Shown here in pieces: positions 8,790-15,678 of a stretch of 24,000 nucleotides of DNA. Made by a program: the position numbers and the translations under genes. Positions within the stretch are counted from its first letter, which is position 1, and every line of letters starts with the position of its first letter. Source of the stretch: Candidatus Sericytochromatia bacterium (lineage in GTDB: Bacteria; Cyanobacteriota; Sericytochromatia; S15B-MN24; JAQBPE01); the NCBI GenBank assembly GCA_035284865.1, contig JAYKHL010000057.1:6399-30398 (forward strand), given 5' to 3'. A model generated the notes under the pieces. It made no database searches. It worked only from the letters and a program-made list of their open reading frames with translations, and was not told where the DNA came from.

Positions 8790-9386
8790 GTGTCCGAGGA
8801 GCGGCTCGCGTACTTCAAGGCGATGGTCTGGGCCTCCGGCGCCTATGCCGGGGGCCTCATGATCGTCGACAGCGCCGGCCTGCCGCTCGATTTCCGCTAC
8901 ACGGAACCCATCACGCCGACGCGCCTGCAAGAGGTGCTCTACGGCCGTTCACTCGACCGTTTCATGCGAGCCGAGGTGCTGTTTCGCCACCTGTGTACAC
9001 GCATCGAGCCGCGGCCCACGTTGGTGCTGGTGGACGACGAAGGGCTGCTCTCCCAGCCCGCTGCCTCCGCGGTCGTTTACGTCGCGGAGACGCGTTTACC
9101 GCCCTTCTCGGCCGCCGCCGAGCTTCACGACGTCAATGAATGCGAGTGGCTGCTGCAGGTCACGGAGGCGGGCAGCCCACTTCGGTTCAAGCTCCACGAG
9201 CCGCAGGCCGGGGACGAGGAGGCTGTCGCCACCTGGTTCCTCACTGCCGCCGCAGCCGGGTTGGACCCCCTGGAGCCTTTCAACCGCGTGCGTGCCGCGC
9301 TCGAGCTTGCATGTGCCCCTGCTGCCACCCCGACGGCACCCTCCGTGCTTCCCATCGTCCGGGACACGGGGGGCAATCAGGGCTGA
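8790..9386 (+). CDS. Hypothetical protein (198 aa), no family recognised
   Basis: GTG at 8790 lies 7 nt after the acyl-CoA dehydrogenase stop. G/C-ending codons persist throughout. The ordered-looking N-terminal half reads AMVWASGAYAGGLMIVDSAGLPLDFRYTEPITPTRLQEVLYGRSLDRFMRAEVLF. Confidence 0.7.
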   Translation: MSEERLAYFKAMVWASGAYAGGLMIVDSAGLPLDFRYTEPITPTRLQEVLYGRSLDRFMRAEVLFRHLCTRIEPRPTLVLVDDEGLLSQPAASAVVYVAETRLPPFSAAAELHDVNECEWLLQVTEAGSPLRFKLHEPQAGDEEAVATWFLTAAAAGLDPLEPFNRVRAALELACAPAATPTAPSVLPIVRDTGGNQG

Positions 9387-9396
9387 AGGCAAGGGT

Positions 9397-9951
9397 ATGA
9401 CGCCCCTCTTCCGGCCCCGCGTTGCCTCGGCGCAGGACGCCCTGGCCGTGACCGCGGCCGACGGGACGCTGCGCCCCTTGGCCTTCCCGATCTGCGTGCG
9501 GGACGTGCCGGTGACGCTGTCGGCGCCCGACGTGCGGCTGGCCTTCGAGCCCTTGTCGCCCCATCGCCCGGTCGTGCGTGATCGCCGCTCGCTCGCCGAG
9601 TTCCTTGGCGCGCCAGACGCCCCCTTCGACGTGCGGGTGGTGGTGGACCTTGGCGCCGCTCGACGTGTGCCGATGGTGCGGGCGCTGGTGCCCGCTGAGG
9701 CTCTGGGGGCCGCGGCGGTAGACCGCTGGCTGGAGCGCGTCGCGAACGCGCGCCGGGTGCTGCGCACGCGCCTGGAACTCGTGGGCATCTTCCCCGACCT
9801 TCCGCTGACGGACGCTTCTACCATCAAGCTCGATGCGGGCAAGGGGGAGGCGCGTTACGTCGTTGGCGAGGGCACGTACCAGCGGACGACCATCGCCGTG
9901 GCGCGGCGGAAGGACACGGGGGAGTCGGTGGTGGCCCGGCTGTCGTCCTGA
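9397..9951 (+). CDS. Hypothetical protein (184 aa), no family recognised
   Basis: ATG at 9397 lies 10 nt after the previous stop and is preceded by AAGGCAAGGG. It is in frame with track ORF 9136..9951, whose upstream part overlaps the previous gene. G/C-ending codons persist throughout. Confidence 0.7.
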   Translation: MTPLFRPRVASAQDALAVTAADGTLRPLAFPICVRDVPVTLSAPDVRLAFEPLSPHRPVVRDRRSLAEFLGAPDAPFDVRVVVDLGAARRVPMVRALVPAEALGAAAVDRWLERVANARRVLRTRLELVGIFPDLPLTDASTIKLDAGKGEARYVVGEGTYQRTTIAVARRKDTGESVVARLSS

Positions 9952-10065
9952 CACGTGGCGGGACGCAGGTGGCGCTGATCAGGGGGCGGGTGCGATGTGG
10001 CGGCTGCACGGCAGGGTACAATGTGGCGTCGCCGCCATTTGCAGCAATGGAGCTTAGCCCCCACC

Positions 10066-11157
10066 ATGACCCATCGCGTGACCCTGATTCCCGGCGACGG
10101 CATTGGTCCCGAGATCACCGCCGCCACGACGCGCATTCTGGAGGCCACCGGCGTCGCCTTCGCGTGGGAGACCGTGCAGGCCGGGGTCACGGCGATGGAA
10201 CGCGAGGGTGCCTTGGAGCCTCTCCCTGACACCGTCGTCGAGTCGATTCGCCGGAACAAGCTGGCGCTCAAGGGGCCCATTGGCACCCCCATCGGCACCG
10301 GCTTCCGCTCGGTCAACGTGGCTCTTCGGCAGGGTCTCGACCTGTACGCCTGCGTGCGCCCCTGCAAGACTTACCCCGGCATTCTGTCTCGCTACAGCGA
10401 CATCGATCTCGTGATCGTCCGTGAGAACACGGAAGACCTCTATGCGGGCATCGAGTTCGAGATGGGATCGCCAGGCGCGCAGGCCGTGTGTGACGTCGTG
10501 AAGGCGCACATGCCGAAGAAGTGCATCCAGTCGGACGCCGCCGTTAGCCTGAAGCCCATCTCCGAGTCCGGCAGCCGGCGCATCGTGGAGTTTGCCTTCC
10601 AGTACGCCAAGCAGAACGGGAGGCGGAAGGTGACCGCCATCCACAAGGCCAACATCATGAAGGCCTCTGATGGCCTGTTCCTGCGGGTGGCTCGGGAGGT
10701 GGCGGCGGCACATCCCGAGATCGAGTTCGAGGAGATGATCGTCGATGCGGCCTGCATGAACCTCGTCATCCGGCCTGAGTCCTTCGACGTGATGGTGCTG
10801 GGCAACCTCTACGGCGACATCGTTTCGGATCTCTGTGCGGGCCTGGTGGGTGGCCTGGGCGTGGCGCCCGGTGCCAACATCGGGTTGCAAGCCACGGTCT
10901 TTGAGGCCACCCACGGCACGGCCCCTACCATCGCGGGCAAGGGGGTTGCCAACCCGCTGGCGCTGTTGCTGTCCGGCAAGTTGATGCTGGAGCACCTTGG
11001 CGAGCGCGAGGCCGCACGGCGACTCGACGAGGCCATCAAGCGCGTCCTGCGTGACGGCAAGCACCTCACGCCCGATCTCAACCCCACGGGCCAGGGCACG
11101 ACTGACGGGTTCGCGGACGCCATCATCGCGGCGCTCGATGCGCCCGTGTCTGCCTGA
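10066..11157 (+). CDS. Isocitrate/isopropylmalate dehydrogenase family, closest to NAD-dependent isocitrate dehydrogenase
   Basis: MTHRVTLIPGDGIGPEI, SVNVALRQGLDLYACVRPC, VIVRENTEDLYAGIE, KANIMKASDGLF and NLYGDIVSDLCAGLVGGLG. A TACAAT at 10017-10022 is a possible -10 element. Confidence 0.9.
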   Translation: MTHRVTLIPGDGIGPEITAATTRILEATGVAFAWETVQAGVTAMEREGALEPLPDTVVESIRRNKLALKGPIGTPIGTGFRSVNVALRQGLDLYACVRPCKTYPGILSRYSDIDLVIVRENTEDLYAGIEFEMGSPGAQAVCDVVKAHMPKKCIQSDAAVSLKPISESGSRRIVEFAFQYAKQNGRRKVTAIHKANIMKASDGLFLRVAREVAAAHPEIEFEEMIVDAACMNLVIRPESFDVMVLGNLYGDIVSDLCAGLVGGLGVAPGANIGLQATVFEATHGTAPTIAGKGVANPLALLLSGKLMLEHLGEREAARRLDEAIKRVLRDGKHLTPDLNPTGQGTTDGFADAIIAALDAPVSA

Positions 11158-11163
11158 GCGCCG

Positions 11164-11685
11164 ATGGCCAAGCGACCTGAGTGGTTGAACCTGGCCCAGG
11201 TCATCACGACCCTGGGCGTGCGGGGTGAACTCAAGGTTCGCCCCGAGACGGACGACCCGTTGCGCCTGCGGGACCTGCAGGAGGTGTCGGCCCTCCTGGC
11301 CACTGGGGCGCGGGAGACGCTGGGCATCGAGCGGGTGACGCTTCGCAAGGACGGCGTCGTGATCGCCAAGTTTCGGGGCCACGACGCCCCCGAGACTGCT
11401 GCCCGCCTCCGACAGGCGTGGCTCCAGGTCCCCTATGCGGAGGCCAAGCGGGTCCCGGGGCAGGTGCTGTATGCCGACGTGCTTGGCATGGCCGTCGTGG
11501 ATGCGGCCACGGGGGACCAACTCGGAGAGGTCTCCGACGTCCTGCGTGCCGGGCAGGACTTGCTGCAAGTCACCCGTCCCGACGGCGCCGAGGTGCTGGT
11601 GCCCTGGGTTGACGCCTTCGTGGCGGCCGTGGATCGTGAGGCCAACCAGGTCCGCGTGCACGTGTTGGAGGGGTTGCTCGATTGA
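11164..11685 (+). CDS. rimM: 16S rRNA processing protein RimM
   Basis: N-terminus [19 protein letters not shown], then a PRC-barrel-like C-terminal half ([34 protein letters not shown]). The start lies 6 nt after the dehydrogenase stop. Confidence 0.9.
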   Translation: MAKRPEWLNLAQVITTLGVRGELKVRPETDDPLRLRDLQEVSALLATGARETLGIERVTLRKDGVVIAKFRGHDAPETAARLRQAWLQVPYAEAKRVPGQVLYADVLGMAVVDAATGDQLGEVSDVLRAGQDLLQVTRPDGAEVLVPWVDAFVAAVDREANQVRVHVLEGLLD

Positions 11686-12464
11686 GCCCCCTGCACATCG
11701 ACTTCCTCACGCTGTTTCCGGAGGCCTTCGGGTACCTCCACACCTCGATTCTGAAGCGGGCGCATGAGGCGGGCATCGTCACCTCGGGCGTGCACGACAT
11801 GCGGGATCAGGCGACCAACCGGCATCGCACGGTGGATGACAAACCCTTCGGGGGGGGCGTGGGCATGGTGCTCAAGCCCGACATCGTTCACAAGGCGCTG
11901 CTGGCACTCGATCTGCCGGAGGGGGCCAGGATCCTCATCACCACCCCTCAGGGCCGCGCGTTCGATCAGGCCTTCGCCAGAGAGCTGGCGGCCGAGCATC
12001 ACCTGGTGTTTGTATGCGGCCACTATGAGGGCATCGACGAGCGGGTCCACGAGCACCTTGTGACCGACGAGGTCTCCATCGGGGATTACGTGCTCACGGG
12101 GGGAGAGCTTCCGGCCCTGGTCATGACCGACGCCGTGGTTCGCTTGCTGCCTGGTGCGCTTGGCAAGGCTGCCTCGCCCCAGGAGGACTCCTTCTGGGAC
12201 GGGCTGCTGGATTACCCTCACTACACCCGGCCAGCGTCCTACATGGGGTGGTCGGTGCCAGAGGTGCTGCTGTCCGGCAACCATGCAGAGGTGGCACGCT
12301 GGCGGCGTCGAGCGGCGCTGCGTCGCACCTGGGAGCGTCGCCCTGACCTCCTGGCGCAGGCCTCCCTCTCGCGCTCGGACGAGGCCTTCTTGCGGTCCCT
12401 GGAGGTGGCGATGCCGCCCGGTCCCGGGGGGGCGCCCTTGGCAGACGGGGGCACCCCCGTGTAG
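11682..12464 (+). CDS. trmD: tRNA (guanine37-N1)-methyltransferase TrmD
   Basis: The TTG start overlaps the rimM stop (TTGA). [38 protein letters not shown] and [14 protein letters not shown]. Confidence 0.93.
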   Translation: MSPLHIDFLTLFPEAFGYLHTSILKRAHEAGIVTSGVHDMRDQATNRHRTVDDKPFGGGVGMVLKPDIVHKALLALDLPEGARILITTPQGRAFDQAFARELAAEHHLVFVCGHYEGIDERVHEHLVTDEVSIGDYVLTGGELPALVMTDAVVRLLPGALGKAASPQEDSFWDGLLDYPHYTRPASYMGWSVPEVLLSGNHAEVARWRRRAALRRTWERRPDLLAQASLSRSDEAFLRSLEVAMPPGPGGAPLADGGTPV

Positions 12465-12545
12465 CATGGGATGTCCAATGGCGGGCAGTGCAGCCGATGT
12501 GGGCTGAACCCGGCCCCAGCGCCGCCCCGTTGGAAGGAGCCTGTT

Positions 12546-12698
12546 ATGGCCAAGGAAAACACGCAGCCCGTTGTCCCGCCTCACACGGTGCGTCATGTGG
12601 ACGGCGTCATGCACCTCCAGTTGCACGTCGAGGCCACCCGCAATGCCCCGTCGTCGGCGCCGAGCACCGTGCCTGCGCGAGAGGAACGGTCCCTCTAG
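12546..12698 (+). CDS. Possible small protein (50 aa), unknown
   Basis: GGAAGGAG ends 6 nt before the ATG at 12546. Most codons end in G/C. The product is MAKENTQPVVPPHTVRHVDGVMHLQLHVEATRNAPSSAPSTVPAREERSL. No family recognised, and it may not be expressed. Confidence 0.35.
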   Translation: MAKENTQPVVPPHTVRHVDGVMHLQLHVEATRNAPSSAPSTVPAREERSL

Positions 12699-12917
12699 CT
12701 CACCGTTCAAGTCACGAGCGCGCGTGGAGGGCGACGGGCTGACGTCCAAGAGCCAGGAACGACGAGGGAGCGTGCCCTGAGGCACGTGACCGAGGCGTGA
12801 CGACGTCCCTGGGCGTCAGAACGAGCCAGCCGCCGGGGGAAGACTTGCTTGGTGCTCTAGCTGGCCACTCCGACGCCCGTCGCTCCCCCGACTCCGGGGC
12901 GGCGGGCGCGGTGCCGG

Positions 12918-13730
12918 TTATTTGGGCAGGTATGGGTCCACCGGCTCCGGCGGGGTGGGCTGTGCGTAGAGCGTGGTGCGGACCCACTCACCCCACTGCG
13001 GGCGGATGAACTTCTCGTAGACGTAGCCCAGCCCAAAACCTGCGGCCACCCCCACCAGGGTGCCAAGGGCTGGCCCCAGGAAGGTCGAGCCCACCACCCC
13101 CCCGACCAGCGTCGCGGTCGCGCCGGTGGCCGTGTAGCCGGCCGTATCGGCCACGATCAGCGCGTTCCGCTGCTGCACGTTGATCTTGCCGGCGTGGAAA
13201 TCGAGGAAGTTGGTCACGAGCGAGATCGGCACGGCGAGCACGGCAGCGCCTCCGATCGCCCGCGCCACGTTCCCGGCCGAGAGGAAGGTGTGTCGGAAGG
13301 CAGAGCCTACTCCAGCGCGAACGCCCTGCGTGAACTGGGCCTTCTGGGCCACGGTGGAGGCAGCCTGCATGCCCTTCGGCAGCTTGGCCGCGGTGGTCGC
13401 CCGGCCGGCGAACCTGGCCGCGCTGGCGCTGACGCGTGCGCCACCCAGCTTGAGTCCCTTCGCCACGGCGAACCGGGCGTTCACGGCTGCCGCCGAGGCA
13501 CCCGTCACGGCGGCCAGCGCGGATGCGCTCGTGCGCACGCCGGCCACGTAGGGGTCCGCTGCAGAGGTGGGTACCCACGTGTCCCAGCTTGCGATGGGTT
13601 GCAGGCCAGGGGGCGTGGGGGTGCTCCCGTCGCTGTTCGCCATTCCGAAGGAGGCGGGTGCTCCCACTGCGCCCTGGGAAACGGCCTGGGGCGTCGGCGG
13701 GTTGAAGTAGCCCATCACCTGTTGCGGCAT
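12918..13730 (-). CDS. Hypothetical membrane protein with a C-terminal glycine-zipper helical pair (270 aa)
   Basis: GGGAGGAC lies 6 nt before the ATG at 13730. The N-terminal roughly 60 aa are Pro/Gly/Ser/Thr-rich with no signal peptide, followed by an Ala-rich middle. Two hydrophobic segments follow: AIGGAAVLAVPISLVTNFL and ATLVGGVVGSTFLGPALGTLVGVAAGFGLGYVY. TAA stop. Confidence 0.72.
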   Translation of the reverse strand: MPQQVMGYFNPPTPQAVSQGAVGAPASFGMANSDGSTPTPPGLQPIASWDTWVPTSAADPYVAGVRTSASALAAVTGASAAAVNARFAVAKGLKLGGARVSASAARFAGRATTAAKLPKGMQAASTVAQKAQFTQGVRAGVGSAFRHTFLSAGNVARAIGGAAVLAVPISLVTNFLDFHAGKINVQQRNALIVADTAGYTATGATATLVGGVVGSTFLGPALGTLVGVAAGFGLGYVYEKFIRPQWGEWVRTTLYAQPTPPEPVDPYLPK

Positions 13731-13809
13731 CTCTGCGTCCTCCCGCGAGCCTCTCCCGGAGGCTACAGCGGTGTCATCCGAGGACAGGACCGCGTCCTTG
13801 TCGCGTTAA

Positions 13810-13838
13810 GAGGTAAGCATCGTTGAAGCTTGCGTTAA
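13810..13838 (-). promoter_or_regulatory. Candidate promoter for the glycine-zipper protein gene, in the most AT-rich patch I noticed in the window
   Basis: On the minus strand: TTAACG (reverse complement of 13833-13838), a 17-nt spacer, then TACCTC (reverse complement of 13810-13815). Weak match; supported mainly by the local AT-richness and position. Confidence 0.25.
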
Positions 13839-13878
13839 ATCTTCCCAGATGATGCGGTCTGGCTGCAGGGGCGCGGGG

Positions 13879-14709
13879 TCACTGGAACGGGTTGGCGAAG
13901 CCCCGTGCGGGCGGCGGGGAGGTTTCCGGCTTGGCCGACGGTGTCCCTCCGACGGAGGTCGGGTCCACCGGCAGCCCCACGCCGATGGGGGCGGCGCCCT
14001 GCTCCTTGAGGATCACGATGTCCACCCGGCGGTTGCGCTTGCGACCCTCGGCCGTGCCGTTGCTGGCCACGGGGTGGTTCGCAGCAAAGGCCGCCACCGA
14101 CACCCGCGTGGACGACACGTGGGACTGCTGGATGAGGAACCGGGTCACGGCGGTGGCTCGTGCGGCGGAAAGCTCCCAGTTGGAGGGGTAGCGGGCCGTG
14201 CGGATGGGAACGCTGTCGGTGTGGCCTTCCACGCGGAAGTCGTTCTTGAGGCCCTTGAAGTTGGCTGCGATCCGCCTGAGTACGCGTTGCCCTTCCGGCT
14301 TGATGGCGGCCGAACCTGGCGCAAAGAAGCTCGTGTCGATCAGGCTCACGACCATGCCGCGTTCGTCGATGTCGACCTTCACGTCGCTCTTGGGGTCGGT
14401 GCGGATGATGGATTCCAGCACGGCGTCTGCCGTCGCCTTGAAGCGCCGCGTTTGTTTGCTGTCATCCCGCTGGTAGGCCCGCTTGTCCGACACCTTGGGG
14501 GTGGCCTTCTTGATGGAGGTGGCCAGGCTCGTGGCGAGTTGCTGGAACTTCTCCCCCTCGATGCGGCTCGACATCGCGTACAGGATGATGAAAAAGACGA
14601 GCAGCAGCGTGATCAGGTCCGCGTAGGTCACCAGCCAGCGTTCGCGTCCGCCTGCCTCGCTGCTGCCCTGGTGGCCATCATCGCCCCCGTGGAGCCACTC
14701 TCTGGCCAC
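13879..14709 (-). CDS. motB: MotB/OmpA-family stator protein (proton-channel plug plus peptidoglycan-binding domain)
   Basis: GTG at 14709 lies 1 nt after the motA stop. TM helix with the invariant Asp: WLVTYADLITLLLVFFIIL. OmpA-like C-terminus: FRVEGHTDSVP, NWELSAARA and RRVDIVIL. The track ORF start (14790) overlaps motA and was rejected. Confidence 0.88.
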   Translation of the reverse strand: MAREWLHGGDDGHQGSSEAGGRERWLVTYADLITLLLVFFIILYAMSSRIEGEKFQQLATSLATSIKKATPKVSDKRAYQRDDSKQTRRFKATADAVLESIIRTDPKSDVKVDIDERGMVVSLIDTSFFAPGSAAIKPEGQRVLRRIAANFKGLKNDFRVEGHTDSVPIRTARYPSNWELSAARATAVTRFLIQQSHVSSTRVSVAAFAANHPVASNGTAEGRKRNRRVDIVILKEQGAAPIGVGLPVDPTSVGGTPSAKPETSPPPARGFANPFQ

Positions 14710-14710
14710 G

Positions 14711-15613
14711 TCAGTAGATCTCGTCCTGGTCGCCAGGCGGAGGGCCGTAAGAGGCCCCCCCGTAGCCGTCGTCGAAGTACTCCTCCTCACCTGCCGGCTG
14801 CGCGGGCATCGCGGGTGGCACCGTCGCAGCCGCCGCCCGTGTGCGCCGAGCCCGTCGCTCCGAGAGCACAGCGATGGTGCGTCGCGTTTCGGGCGGCAAC
14901 GCCACGCGCAGCCGCTCCCGGATGAACTCCGGCTTGGCCCCCTCCTGCAGGCTGACCAGCACCTCGATCATCACCTGACGCACCCGCAACTCCTCCTCCG
15001 AGAGCTTGCGCAGCCGGTTGGCGATGGGGATGAACACCAGGTTGGCGACGCCCACGCCATACAGCGTCGCCACCATCGCCACGGCAATGTCCAGGCCGAT
15101 ACGCTCAGGCTTCTCAAGGTTTCCGAGGATGCCGATCATCGCCTCCACCGTGCCCAGGATGCCGAAGGTAGGGGCAAAGCCCCCGAGGCCCTCGAACAGC
15201 CCGATGCCGTTGCGGTGGCGGGCTCGCATCGCGCTGAGCTCATCCTCCAGCAGCCGCCTGATCTCGTCGGGCTCGAAGCCCTCGGCGACCAGCTGGAGGC
15301 CCTTGCGGAGGAAGGCATCGTCCACCTCCCGGGCAAAGGAGCCAGCCGCAGCGCGGCCCTGCTGGCGGACCCGATCGAGCACCTTCAAGAACTGGGCCAC
15401 CACGGTGGGCAGGTGAAGCCCCTCCGACGTCACGGCAAGCAGGAAGAGCCGAAGGCTGCCGACAATGGCTTGCGGATAGGCGAAGGCGCCGGCCACCAGC
15501 GTGCCGCCAATGACCACCACGGCCGCGTGGAGGTCGAGCAGCCGGATGGCGTCGCCTCCCCGGAAGAACGCGATGATCAGTGCAAAGAGGACGACCAGGC
15601 CCAGTCCAGCCAC
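14711..15613 (-). CDS. motA: MotA/PomA-family stator protein
   Basis: GTG at 15613 lies 6 nt after GGGAG. Four-TM layout with FAPTFGILGTVEAMIGIL and VATLYGVGVANLVFIPIANRL (both conserved Pro positions present). About 55 extra C-terminal residues end in the acidic/aromatic tail EEEYFDDGYGGASYGPPPGDQDEIY. Confidence 0.9.
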   Translation of the reverse strand: MAGLGLVVLFALIIAFFRGGDAIRLLDLHAAVVVIGGTLVAGAFAYPQAIVGSLRLFLLAVTSEGLHLPTVVAQFLKVLDRVRQQGRAAAGSFAREVDDAFLRKGLQLVAEGFEPDEIRRLLEDELSAMRARHRNGIGLFEGLGGFAPTFGILGTVEAMIGILGNLEKPERIGLDIAVAMVATLYGVGVANLVFIPIANRLRKLSEEELRVRQVMIEVLVSLQEGAKPEFIRERLRVALPPETRRTIAVLSERRARRTRAAAATVPPAMPAQPAGEEEYFDDGYGGASYGPPPGDQDEIY

Positions 15614-15678
15614 ACGCGGCTCCCTTCGGCCCCGATGCGCCGCCGTGTGTCAGGCGGGGGCAGACTGGCGGCCGCCCC

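Noticed and set aside
5209-8862. Very long overlapping ORFs (5209..6579 +, 6576..7985 +, 7231..8862 +, 7574..8818 -, 6088..7485 - upstream part)
   Set aside because: Each is antisense to, or out of frame with, genes that have unmistakable family motifs (IMPase, cyclophilin, MBL, acyl-CoA dehydrogenase). Stop codons are rare in all frames at this GC content, so ORF length alone is not evidence here.
10054-11661. 535-aa minus-strand ORF opposite the IDH-like gene and rimM
   Set aside because: It is antisense to two well-supported genes. Its product is Gly/Arg/Leu/His-rich with no recognisable domain.
12725-12880. Nested hairpins in the convergent spacer after the 50-aa ORF, considered as a structured ncRNA
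   Set aside because: The elements are CGTGCC-ctga-GGCACG at 12771-12786, TGACG...CGTCA at 12798-12818, and a 9-nt long-range complement (GCGACGGGC at 12731-12739 with GCCCGTCGC at 12865-12873). Stems this short are expected by chance in such GC-rich DNA; my rough estimate is about one 9-mer complement per spacer of this size. I recognised no known RNA family motif (SRP, 6S, tmRNA, RNase P or riboswitch cores).
13879-15613. Possibility that motA/motB is a Zorya-type anti-phage system
   Set aside because: As I recall, ZorA carries a very long C-terminal tail (several hundred residues) and is accompanied by ZorC/ZorD or ZorE. Here MotA is 300 aa. The adjacent genes are radA upstream and a 270-aa membrane protein downstream, with no nuclease- or helicase-like gene.
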